Made by a program: the position numbers and the translations under genes. DNA of 64,000 nucleotides, from NCBI GenBank assembly GCA_004022145.1, contig RCNU01000001.1. One strand, given 5' to 3'. The notes under the pieces were generated by a model, which saw nothing but the letters and a program-made list of their open reading frames with translations, did not search any database and was not told where the DNA came from. Shown in pieces: positions 50,460 through 60,920 of this stretch. This stretch comes from Paecilomyces variotii (taxonomy: Eukaryota). Position 1 is the stretch's first letter, and each line of letters starts with the position of its first letter.

Positions 50460-51200
50460 GGGACGAGTTCGCTACGGATGACGAATTCTCTTTTTCAGCT
50501 TCTTTAGCACCGTGTCTAAACACGCGTATATGTCCAGGATATGCCAGTTTGCATCGGCATTATAAGGAAGGCATTGGGCAGGGGCTGTCCGTGGTATAGC
50601 CATGGACGGTGTTGTGTTGGGTTGGTCATAGCACATGATAGACTAGTCGGTCTCCCAGTTAGGGTTCTCAGTTCCCGGGGAGAGTCATTGATTCATATAG
50701 AGATATATATATATAATGCGATTCAATTGTTCGAACTCGCCTGGTTGCTATGACAGCACAAGTGTTCAGATCCGTCAGGATATCTAACCTACTGATCTTT
50801 TAACACGTTCACGACAGCACCGAACTGTATGAAGCGTAGTGACTAGACAAGATCATCCCCGAAAGATAGTAACACGGAGTAGTGATGAATAGTAACAATA
50901 ATAAGTTAGTTAACTAAATCCGACTCAAATAAGTAGCTTACTAATGTTCTCAACATCACGTGCAGCGGGGGAGGGGGGGATATCCGCTTTCTAGGTTAGG
51001 CTTGGATTCTGATTATAAATGTATGAATATACCTAACTTGACGACGTACAGTATTTAAACCTACAAGGAAGCCGCCGGATCAATCGTTTGAGATAAGATT
51101 TTTTTTTCCTCCCGCTCTATCATTACAGGAAGTCATTCCATCAATTGATATCATCTCCTATATATATAACTATCCCCAACCGACCAGACTTCCCACCATC

Positions 51201-51892
51201 ATGTCCTCCGGAGAGATTCATATCGTGGCTACTTTTTACCCGAAGCCCGGGAAAGCTGACGAGGTTCGTTGCTAATCAATTCAAAAAGCCTGACCTTTTC
51301 CTTTTCCCAGCCCATAACTCGAATGATTCATCTCTCTATCTCTATCTCTGTCTCGATTTGGTTCTCGGCCAAAAATCGAACGAACGAAACCAAATAAACT
51401 ACATAATTATCTATCTATCTAACATGCTGAAATCGAAAATAGCTCATCGCCATCGGCAAGGAATGCGCTGAAAAAGTCCACGCGACCGAGCCCGATACGT
51501 TGATTTATTATGCTTTGAAAGTGCAGGATAAGGATGAGGTCATTTTTGTTGAGAAGTAAGTTATGCGTTGTCCCCCAACACCCAACAATAACTTTTTTCT
51601 CCGGGAACTGTTCCTTCTGCTGTTAGCTAGTTATTACCCGTTGGCTCCGAATTTCTTCTCCGAGTTTCTCTCTCTCTCTCTCTCTCTCTCTTTTATTATA
51701 TATAATTTTTCTCTGGGGCATTGATTAACCGTGATAAATCACAGGTACAAGAACCAAGCAACCGTAGACGCGCATCTCAAGACGGAGCATTTCCAGCAGT
51801 TGGCCGCCAAGGTGCCTGATTTGACAACGAAGCCGTTCGATATTAAGATCGGGTCTTTCCTGTTTGGATACGAGGGACGGTCGAAGATGTAA
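51201..51892 (+). CDS. Small antibiotic-biosynthesis-monooxygenase (ABM/dimeric alpha-beta barrel) protein, 107 aa, C-terminal SKM
   Basis: Exons 51201-51263, 51443-51555 and 51745-51892 (324 nt) give MSSGEIHIVATFYPKPGKADE|LIAIGKECAEKVHATEPDTLIYYAL...VIFVEK|YKNQATVDAHLKTEHFQQL...YEGRSKM*. Not in the ORF track. Confidence 0.85.
51668..51691. repeat. (CT)n microsatellite in intron 2 of the ABM gene
   Basis: About 12 CT units. Confidence 0.85.
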
Positions 51893-54236
51893 ATCTGGTT
51901 CTTTCAGGGGGGCATCTTTTTCTTCATGTGTCCGTGGCTGGGTATATATATGTATATATCTATGAGTCTAGTCATGAGATATATTTGAATCTGTACTGGG
52001 GTTCTTTGTAATTGGATAGTCTGTTCTAGATGTTTGTTCACTAGCCAGAAGGATAGTTGGAAACAGTGGCTAAGGTTAACTATGAGACCTCGAATTGTAA
52101 TCTGTCTCTGCTGTTAGAATTAAGAAAATAAAAACACCGGAAACGACTAACTAGAGCACCCCTGCAGAATCACTTTAAGGCCGTAGTACGTCTCACCAAC
52201 CCACGTGGTGGTGGCTCGGAAAATCCCACACGTACGCTCTCCTGTACGGAGCTGTCCTCTAGAACATACCATATGTGACAGTTCGGAAAGCTGCAGTAAC
52301 TACCACGCAGCCCTTGTAGCGCGCCGCAAACTGAGATAAGTTCCGAGCCGGCTAGTCCGCCACTAGAGGATCAGATATGCGGGGAGGTGTCGGTTCACCA
52401 AGATCTCTCGGGTCGAGCTGGAACTATATGCCCAGAATAATAATCAAGTTGGAGATGCTCTGTAATAATATTTACTACTGCTCGAATAGGCATGCTAATC
52501 CGGGTTATACGAATTCAGATCGGGTAAGACGTTGTGTCAAGATGGGAGTCGTTGGTGACGGATAGAGATAGATCCAGGTGGTGAGACGTTTGAATCTATC
52601 ATAGCCAAGGAAAATCCATCCAGGAGTCTTATCTGATTTATCGCCATCGGTTGCGTGTATTGGATGACTGCTAGTGTTCTGCGTCACGCGAGTTTCAGAG
52701 ATGTCTGAGGCATCCGAAGCCCTCGATAACGGCCTCTGTCGCGCACTGGAACGGCGATGCTACCTTGGCCCGGAGGATCAGTTGCGCCTGGCTCCTGCAC
52801 CGTGGAACTACTTGCTCTTGCTTGGTGTTGAATTCCATGAGTATGGTACAAGTGCACAGCTGCCGCGTCCATCGGATGTACCGAATTGTGTCGTCTAATC
52901 AGGCGAGAAGCGATGGTCCCTTCCAGTCCCTGACAGCTTAGCCGACGCCTCGATAGTTCAACCGGGTCGATGACACGGGAGGCCAATCAGGACTGGCGCA
53001 CTTTGTGACGGACGAAGCGTCCAGCCATCGTGGGCCCCGGGTGGCGGAGGCGAGAGACAACCTGGGTTAAGCCGTTCGGAAGTTTAGAAAGCTTTGACAC
53101 GAACGAGACGGTTGAAGTTGAACCGTTGAAGAATAGGGGAGAGAAGGTGGTGAATCGTAGTAACACGGAGAGTGTTTTTGACTTCTTCTGGAGAGTGAAC
53201 TGCTCAACATGGTCAATGGCTTATTTTTGGAAAAAACCCCTTACCGGGCCGGAACCATGGACGGGCGCCCTGGGGTTCAGCGAATACGTATCCAAACTGG
53301 CAGTCAGACTGAACAACAGCTTGGAGTTTGGATATCATCGTGGAGCTGGGAGCGAGGTTAGCGGATGGGTTAAGACCTTTCCAGCCCTCCAGACTCACTA
53401 ACTGATGGCCTTCGCTCCACCATCGTCAAGATCCACCACTTTGGAGCCTCCCAAAGACCCTAACTAACACGCTCAGACAGACTGGCCTCGTCCCGCCCTA
53501 AGGGGGCAATCTAGTAGTTGGTGTAGCTGTAGCAGCAACAGGAGGAGGTCAAGCACGAAAGGAAACGTTCCAGGCTTAGAGTAAGCTTCTCGAACGAAGG
53601 CAAAAAAGCATCTGGTGGCTGTCCGTTAGACACATTCCCCTGCTTCTGCATTATTGCTTCTGCATTGCTCTCTGACAGCCCATCGCGAGAGATTGTTAGT
53701 TAGCTAGTTGATTGTTCGTTTCGGCGCTGTGGCAGTTGGTCGGCAGCCCGTTGACTTGCCGCGAACCTCTCCAGCCTTCTCCAGCCCCTGATTCTCTCCT
53801 CCCCCTCCCCCCAAAAGCTCCAGGTCAACGACGCACTGTGTGCCTTCGCGGTCTCTCCCATCCTGCTCTTGGGGATCGTCACCTACAGCCATCCTCGCCT
53901 CTGCCTCTGCCATCTCGCTGGATTCCATTGAACAGCTGTTATCTCACTACGGTCGCGCACGCCTTAGCCCACGGTTTCCCCGCCTCCCCCAAAGCTCCAT
54001 CCAGTACAGTTCCCCGACTTCGACTTCGACATCGACATCGATTCTACCGTGAGAGTATTATTATAATATCTGCGCTGCGTGGTCCGGACCCCGCTGGCAA
54101 TATCAACTCGCGGTCCTTGATCGTGGAGATATACGTTCAGTCAGACAGCTCGAACTCTCCGCACCGTTCTTCTTGGACCTGCATTCTATCTATCTGCAAA
54201 GCGTTCTTCTAGCCTGTTGAGCGACGTTTTTTGAAG

Positions 54237-54305
54237 GTCCGTCCGTCTCCATCCCTCGCCCCGTCGCCATGTCCGCTCGAACGACGACTAACGCATCTCT
54301 ACCAG
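54237..54305 (+). other. Putative 5'-UTR intron of racA
   Basis: AAG|GTCCGT donor, GACTAAC branch and CAG acceptor; 69 nt. Confidence 0.65.
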
Positions 54306-54436
54306 ATACCCTTGGATTCTGCTTCGCATCTGACGACCCCTTTCGCACTATATCGTCGATTTCGACCTACTCGATACCCTATCATCGTCTGCATATAAAA
54401 AAGTTACTTTAATTCTTATAAGAACATCTGCATAAA

Positions 54437-55332
54437 ATGGCGTCGGGCCCTGCGACTCAGTCATTGAAGGTGAGCTTGGCTTATATACTGCGATATTGAA
54501 AGAGACTTGGGACTCGTGGCTGACACGGCGCGAACAAGTGTGTGGTGACCGGAGACGGTGCTGTCGGCAAGGTAATCCCTGCTTATCGATTCCTTCTGGA
54601 AGCTGGAATGGCAATTAACCAGTGAGACAGACATGTCTTCTAATCTCTTATACAACCAATGCCTTCCCTGGAGAATATATTCCCACCGTGTTAGTTTCCT
54701 GTTCAAAGTCGATAACAATCATGGTCTTTGCTGATGACTGGATAGGTTTGACAACTACTCAGCAAGTGTGATGGTCGATGGCCGGCCCATCAGCTTGGGA
54801 TTGTGGGATACTGCAGGACAGGAGGATTACGATCGACTGCGCCCCTTGTCGTATCCACAGACCGATGTTTTCTTGATCTGCTTCTCGATCGTCAGCCCGC
54901 CCTCTTTCGACAACGTCAAGGCCAAGGTATGTGATTGGATAATGCGGTTTGGGTATGAAGTAGCTGACAATCACCACAGTGGTACCCTGAAATCGAGCAC
55001 CACGCGCCAAACGTTCCGAAGATCCTGGTCGGCACCAAGCTGGATCTACGAGAAGACAAGGCCACCACCGAGGCTCTCCGCGCAAAGAGAATGGAGCCTG
55101 TCTCATATGAGCAGGCGCTCGCGGTGGCCAAGGAGATCAAAGCTCACAAGTACCTTGAATGCTCTGCGCTGACTCAGCGTAATCTGAAGAGCGTGTTCGA
55201 TGAGGCTATCCGGTATGCGCATCCCGATTCAAAGTTGGAAGTCTGGGACCGACGAATGCTAACTCCCGCAGTGCTGTTCTTAATCCGCGCCCTGCCCCGA
55301 AACCGAAGAGTAAGAAGTGTCTCATTCTGTAA
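54437..55332 (+). CDS. racA: Rho-family GTPase Rac (199 aa)
   Basis: Six exons 54437-54469, 54539-54571, 54631-54689, 54746-54926, 54980-55212 and 55272-55332 (600 nt). [44 protein letters not shown] and CAAX box CLIL. Confidence 0.97.
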
Positions 55333-56049
55333 AGCATCGAAAGTGTCCATTTCATACATTTACCAGTAGTTAATTTCTTTATTTTCTTGATATTTATTCC
55401 AAGGCGTCCGGGCAGTTTAGGTCATGCTGCAAACGTGATATTGACGGTTGACTTTTGCTGATTTCTCATCACCCACCCAACCCTGTCACTTATTACTACT
55501 TACAATCACATCCAAGAGATACAGAGAACATGAAGCTCGCTGCATTGCATCTTTCCTTTTCTTTCTAAACCTAATAGACTCAAACAAATCTCCATGATCG
55601 ACTTGTCTTTGGTTGTTGACAGTTTGTTGATCTGTTAATTTCCGAAATTGCTTGTATTTCTGTTTCATCAAGCATTGATATAATTAGTAAATGAACCTCT
55701 TCCTTGACTATCAGACTTCTTGTCGCCTATTGGCAGATCAAAGGGGGTTAACTACTCGTAGTTCGCCGAAGGTTGCACTCTTGCTTCCTTGAGACTCGAC
55801 GGATTCTGGGACTGAGAGCTGGTTTTCAAAGTCGATGTATAGAAGAAGGCTTTCTCATGCCAAAGCATTTTCATAACAATGTCCTCGTAAATTTTTATAC
55901 ATATGAAGCCATATGCGGGATATATTCAGAAAGGCGAAGGGAATTAGTGATTCACCATCATCGCGGTAATGTCAAGATAATCAATAACAGAAAAGAAGAC
56001 ATGCATGGTCGCCTCGAAACAAATGTTATCAAATCATCTAGCAAACCTC

Positions 56050-57152
56050 CTAGTAAGAACCAGAAACTCTTCCCCTTCGACTGGGGTGGATACCACCTTG
56101 CCAATCTTCTTGGCCGCCGTTGTTATTGTTGTAAGATTTATTCTCTTTCGACGGCTGCTTCTTCTGCTCCTGCAAGGCGCGTTTCCGCTCCTCTTCGAGC
56201 TTCTTGTTCTTCTGCTTTAGCTTCTCTTTGCGGTTTTCGGATTTACCTCCACCGCCGGCGCTAGAAACCATGAAATATGATCAGAAAACGTGTTCCATAC
56301 TAGTACCATGGGGAGGGGGCATAGGGTGTTGACTTACGTCAATTCGACATTGATCCTCCGCGCGGGGGACTTGCCATCGTCGAATTGCGAGTGGTGGTAT
56401 AGTTTCAAGCAGGTCTTCATACGGTCGTAGTGGTCGAATTCGATAAAGGCGAATCCGCGGCATTTGCTGCTGCCCTTCTCTGTGGCGACACGCACGGAGG
56501 CTGGAGGGTTCTTTTCGAAGTGCTTTTTGATCGATTCGACGGTTGCTGTATAGGGGAGGTTTCCTGCGAAACTGGGAGTTAGCACCATTGCGAGAGATGA
56601 CGGTATGACGGAGAGTGCTTGGCTTGGTCCTGGATATAGGTATAACGTACCGACGAAGACGATGAATCGGACTTTTTTCTGCTGGTGATACTGCTGTTCC
56701 TCCTGCTCTTGTTGCTGCTCGTTCGCTTCCGCAGCTTCGGCTTGTTCGTCATTGGCAGCATCTCCATTCTCTTTCTTTTCCTTTTTCTTGTCCTTCTTCG
56801 TCTTCTTCTTTTTATCTTTCTTCTCATCCTGCTTCTCCTCCGTAGCATCCTCCATCTCTACATCTTTCGACTCTTCCTTCTCCTCATTCTTCTTTTCAGC
56901 CTCCTTATCGGCCTTTTTCTTTTCCTTCTTCTTCTCTTTCTTCGCCTGCGCCTCCGTATCTTCCTTCACTTGCGATTCTTCCGCCTCAGCTTCAATCTTC
57001 TTCGATTCTTTCTTCTTTTGCTTCTCTTCGCGCTTCAACTTCTTCCTCGCCTCCTTGTCAACGTCGACTTGCTCGATCTTCGCATCGGTTTCGCCGACTT
57101 CCTCGGAAGTGGCCTGGGAACGCTTGCGCTTCTTGTCGGCTTTTTCGCCCAT
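56050..57152 (-). CDS. NOP6: Nucleolar single-RRM protein Nop6-like (312 aa)
   Basis: Exons 57152-56651, 56563-56338 and 56260-56050. K/E-rich N-terminus, RFIVFVG|NLPY, CRGFAFIEF, RINVELT|AGGGGKSENRKEKLKQKN and GIHPSR. Confidence 0.85.
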
Positions 57153-57685
57153 TGTGATGGTTCTTCGGGGGGTTGTTGAGTGCGAGTTTGACGATGTGCT
57201 GTGGGATTGCTGAGTTTCTTTTTTTCAGACTAAATTCCGGTATCGAAGAGAATGGATTATTCGATAATGTCGTATCTCCGATTGATTTGCTTTTTTTTTA
57301 ATCGAAAAATAAATTCTGCCGGGCGCATTTCTGAGCGGTGAGTAGCTAGCTAGTTGGGAGTTTATCGGGGTTGTTATGTAAGCATTTCATACTCCCGTCG
57401 CTGGACTCGACAGATCTAAATAGAAAACTGCCATGCCGTGATGGATGGTGTTGAAATATCAATATGGGATATGATTCTATTCCTGGAATAATGATAGATG
57501 AAACATTTATATATATGCACGTTCGGGTAAATTCGATTCAGCTATGCAATCCCGCGGAATCAAGTTCTAAACTGTCCATGAAACAAAATGCTATCGACGC
57601 CATTCCCATAACTTTTAAGTATGTAGACAGATGCTCCTCCGATCTCCAAGTAACGTTCAAAAAAAAAAAAGAGCTCATGCATGCT

Positions 57686-58871
57686 CTAAAACGCCAAAAT
57701 CTGAATCTTGGCTTTTTTCGCCCCATACCGCTCACGGAGTTCAGGTTTCGTGAGGAGTTTCAGTAATGGGAGATAGATTTCTTTCATGTCGAAGATGCCG
57801 CGCTGTTTCTGGTCGATGTGCGAAGCATCGATCACGATACGCTTCACTTCTGTAAGTTTGAGGGCTCCTGGAGTTGAGATATTAGTATTACGTCGCATAT
57901 GGGGTAGGGGATTGTGTTTCAGCTTACCGGAGTCAATCAGGTCGATCAACCGCACGGGTGTTCCCACACCAAAGCCCATTCTAGAAAGGCGTGAGTATTT
58001 GCGTAGTCGATGATATTGTCATTATGTGTGGGCTTCAGCACTTACCTTGCTCTTTCACAAAACTGTTTGGCTTCATCCAGCTTGATGTGCTTTGCGAAAA
58101 GCTTACCGACCATAGATTCCTTGTTCTGGAATGGCCGTAGAGCCCTATGGAGAGATGTCAGTGTCTGGATCGAGATCCTAACGAGTGAATTGACTGACCT
58201 GACGAGATCAGCAGCTCGAAGTCCCGCAGCAGCCACTACAAGAGTATGCGGGGAACCCTTCTCTTCCGATGCCTTGGCGAGATCTTCATCCTTTCCTTTG
58301 AACGTCTTCAAAAACTCAGGGAGGCTTTCCAGTTTTCTCGATTCGAATGATGTCGTGTCGAGGAAAGCTTGTTCTGCAGTAATTAATCAGTATATATTTC
58401 CTGAATGGTGCACTGGGGATTGTCGAGCGGGAAATGGTGGAGAGAGAGAGAATATAGAATTGATTTCCACTCACCTGGAACATGTAGATCATTCAACTCC
58501 ACAGGAGTCATCTCCTTATTAAATTTCTTAGTCCTCTGCGCAAAGTGATCTGCCAACAGCGCTCCATCCATCATGCGAATAGACTCATTGATACCGTCCT
58601 TGCCCTCTCTCTCCTTAGGGGGTTCTGCAGGCTTTGCGGGCTTATCCTGCTTGTCTTTATTCTCTGATTTGTCCTTCTTTCCCTTGTTCTTGTTATACTT
58701 GTCCTTATTCTTCTTCCTCTTCTTGTTCGACCCATCTGACGAGGCATTTCCCACCGTAGTAGCAGTAGCGCCATCAGCCTTGTCTGTCTTGGACGACTGC
58801 TCTTCAGCATGTCTCTTCCGCTTCTTATCCACCTTGGCGGAGAGCGCCGTTGCGGGATTATGCTCGGCCAT
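57686..58871 (-). CDS. CMS1: 90S pre-ribosome factor Cms1 (301 aa)
   Basis: Exons 58871-58475, 58373-58199, 58144-58046, 57980-57928 and 57867-57686. GSPHTLVVAAAGLRAADLVR, KLFAKHIKL, GVGTPVRL and IDASHIDQKQRGIFDM. Confidence 0.9.
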
Positions 58872-59027
58872 TTTGTTCCTGTCAATGAGAAGCTTCAGCA
58901 GTAACTTCTCTGGATAACCAGATATAGTTAAGCGATCTCCCTGCACGACAGACTGGGTAATCTATGTCTTGTTGCTGTCTTCCAAAGAAATTTTGACCGT
59001 CCGGTCTTGATACGCTTAGTCATCATA

Positions 59028-59076
59028 CTTATCGATAAGGACGCACGGACCAAGACCCTCCACAACACGCGACGCG
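59028..59076. promoter_or_regulatory. Palindromic double GATA site and tandem MCB-like cores in the CMS1/CENP-T divergent promoter
   Basis: CTTATCGATAAG at 59028-59039; ACGCG at 59067-59071 and 59072-59076. Confidence 0.45.
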
Positions 59077-59208
59077 CTTGCAGTCGGATGAGAAGTCGGA
59101 CCAAAACTCTTGGAATCAGGGCGTTATATTGCGGATTCTCTCAATGCAAATGCGCTGAATTTTTCATCTGATGGGTTTTACGATTCGATAATCGCATTGA
59201 CAGTATAA

Positions 59209-60887
59209 ATGTCGACACCCAATCCTCGTGGGAGGCGGTCACCTCCCGGCTCTGGAACTCCCGGCCAGGAGACCGGACGCAGAGCAGCAGCATCACCAGC
59301 TGTAAGTCGATGGATAGATTTGTTTTGTTAAGAGAATGCAGGGAGCTAATATGATATATTTTATCGGCATATACAGTTCGCAGATATATCCAGACTTCCC
59401 ACCACACCCGGCCGGTTTACGGGTCTCGCAACACCATCCGCAAACCGTTCGGCCACTCGACGGACACCGCGAACCGGTGCACCGTCTACACCATTTGGGC
59501 TTCGAGCTATCCAGCGTCGCGCGGCTAATACACCCGGACGAGACCGGAGAAAGAGTGGACGCCCGCAGAGGGAGACACCGTTCGATATTTTGAGGAATCT
59601 GGGGAGAGGTAATCACTTCCTGCTTGAGGAAGTCTGTCAGCTGTGAAATGTCTGCGTGATTTGCTGATTAGATATTTGTAGCTCTTGCTCCTGTGTCGGC
59701 GCTGATTCGTTCGTCACCGCAGGAAGAGCCAGAACCGCCGAAGAAAGATGAGATTGATGAACTCGACAATGAGCCGGAGATACCGAAGCCGAGATTGTCA
59801 TTACCGATAGAGATGGACGAAGAAGACGAAGATGGCCCGGATATTCCGCCTCCGCGGCTGTCATTGGCGTTTGAAGAAGAGGATATAACACAGGCGTCCA
59901 TTGAATACCCACGAAGAGCAATGGCGGAGGCGGATCGCGCGAGGCTTGAGAGAATGAGTTTCGGCGACGTCAGGTTGAGTGAGAACTTTGGCGATTTGAG
60001 CAGGTTAGAAAATCTTGACGACTTGTCCGACGCTGGGGACTACACTGGGCTACAACAAGATGAAGCTGAGGAGAGAGGCGATGTTACGGGTATTTCTGCT
60101 GGATTTGATGCAGGGTAAGTAGTGAGTCTCTATATACAGGACAAGCACAGCTGATATAATACAAAGTGGGGAGACTGATGATCTCGGACGGTTTAACTTC
60201 GACTTCAACTTTCCGAGTCCCAACGCCGCAGCTGCCACTGGTCCGGACCTTGCGCAGGATGACGATGACGGGTTTATGCTGGACACCGCCGACATGCAGC
60301 ATGAGCCAGAGCTCCAGCCATTGTCAGAGCGCGGCGACAATGATGATGAGGACGACGATGATGTGACAGGCGGCTTTGGGATGGAGGTCTACATGGGTGA
60401 TCAAGCATCGGAGGCTGGATCAACCCAACAAGCACCCATTGGAGGAGGGCTGCGCGACGAACCCCTGCGACAAGGACGGAAAGAGAAGAAGATCTCACGG
60501 CACGGCCACCCAGTTCCAAACTTGCCGGCTGCTATGGTGAAGAAACTGGCTACCAGATTTGCACGGACAAGCGCTGGAGCGAAGACAAAGCTCAGTAAAG
60601 AGACGTTGGCCGCGATCGAGCAAGCGTCCGAGTGGTACTTCGAACAGGCCAGCGATGACCTTGCGGCCTATGCCAAACACGCGGGACGGAAGACCATTGA
60701 CGAGGGAGATGTCATGACTCTAATGAGACGGTAATATATCCAAGAACGCCGCCCATATTAACCCCAGCGCCGCTAACAAATGCACAGACAGCGTCACACC
60801 AACAATGCGACTACAGTATTTTCCCTGGCGCAGAAACACCTCCCGAAGGAACTGTTGCAGGACATGCGACTAGCTATGCCGCCATGA
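59209..60887 (+). CDS. cnp20: Inner kinetochore protein CENP-T (Cnp20/Cnn1), C-terminal histone fold (473 aa)
   Basis: Exons 59209-59301, 59377-59608, 59682-60114, 60167-60730 and 60788-60887. TP-rich N-terminus with RETPFDILRNLGRAL; histone fold ASEWYFEQASDDLAAYAKHAGRKTIDEGDV...QKHLPKELLQ. Confidence 0.88.
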
Positions 60888-60920
60888 AAGTCGCAGAGCT
60901 GTATGTCTCACACTGCAGAA

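Noticed and set aside
26734..51892. Secondary-metabolite cluster suggested by the methyltransferase and ABM genes
   Set aside because: They are 23 kb apart, with no PKS/NRPS/terpene backbone gene, transporter or cluster transcription factor in the window.
53455..53470. CCCTAAC (and TTAGGGTT at about 50659) as a telomerase template or telomeric seed
   Set aside because: Shorter than the expected 1.5-repeat template, with no associated conserved elements.
3216..60887. Idea of a chromatin/ribosome-biogenesis gene cluster (RBA50, HPC2, SPT6, IEC3, CENP-T; NOP13, RRP4, NOP6, CMS1)
   Set aside because: Interspersed with unrelated housekeeping genes; ordinary for a core fungal chromosome arm.
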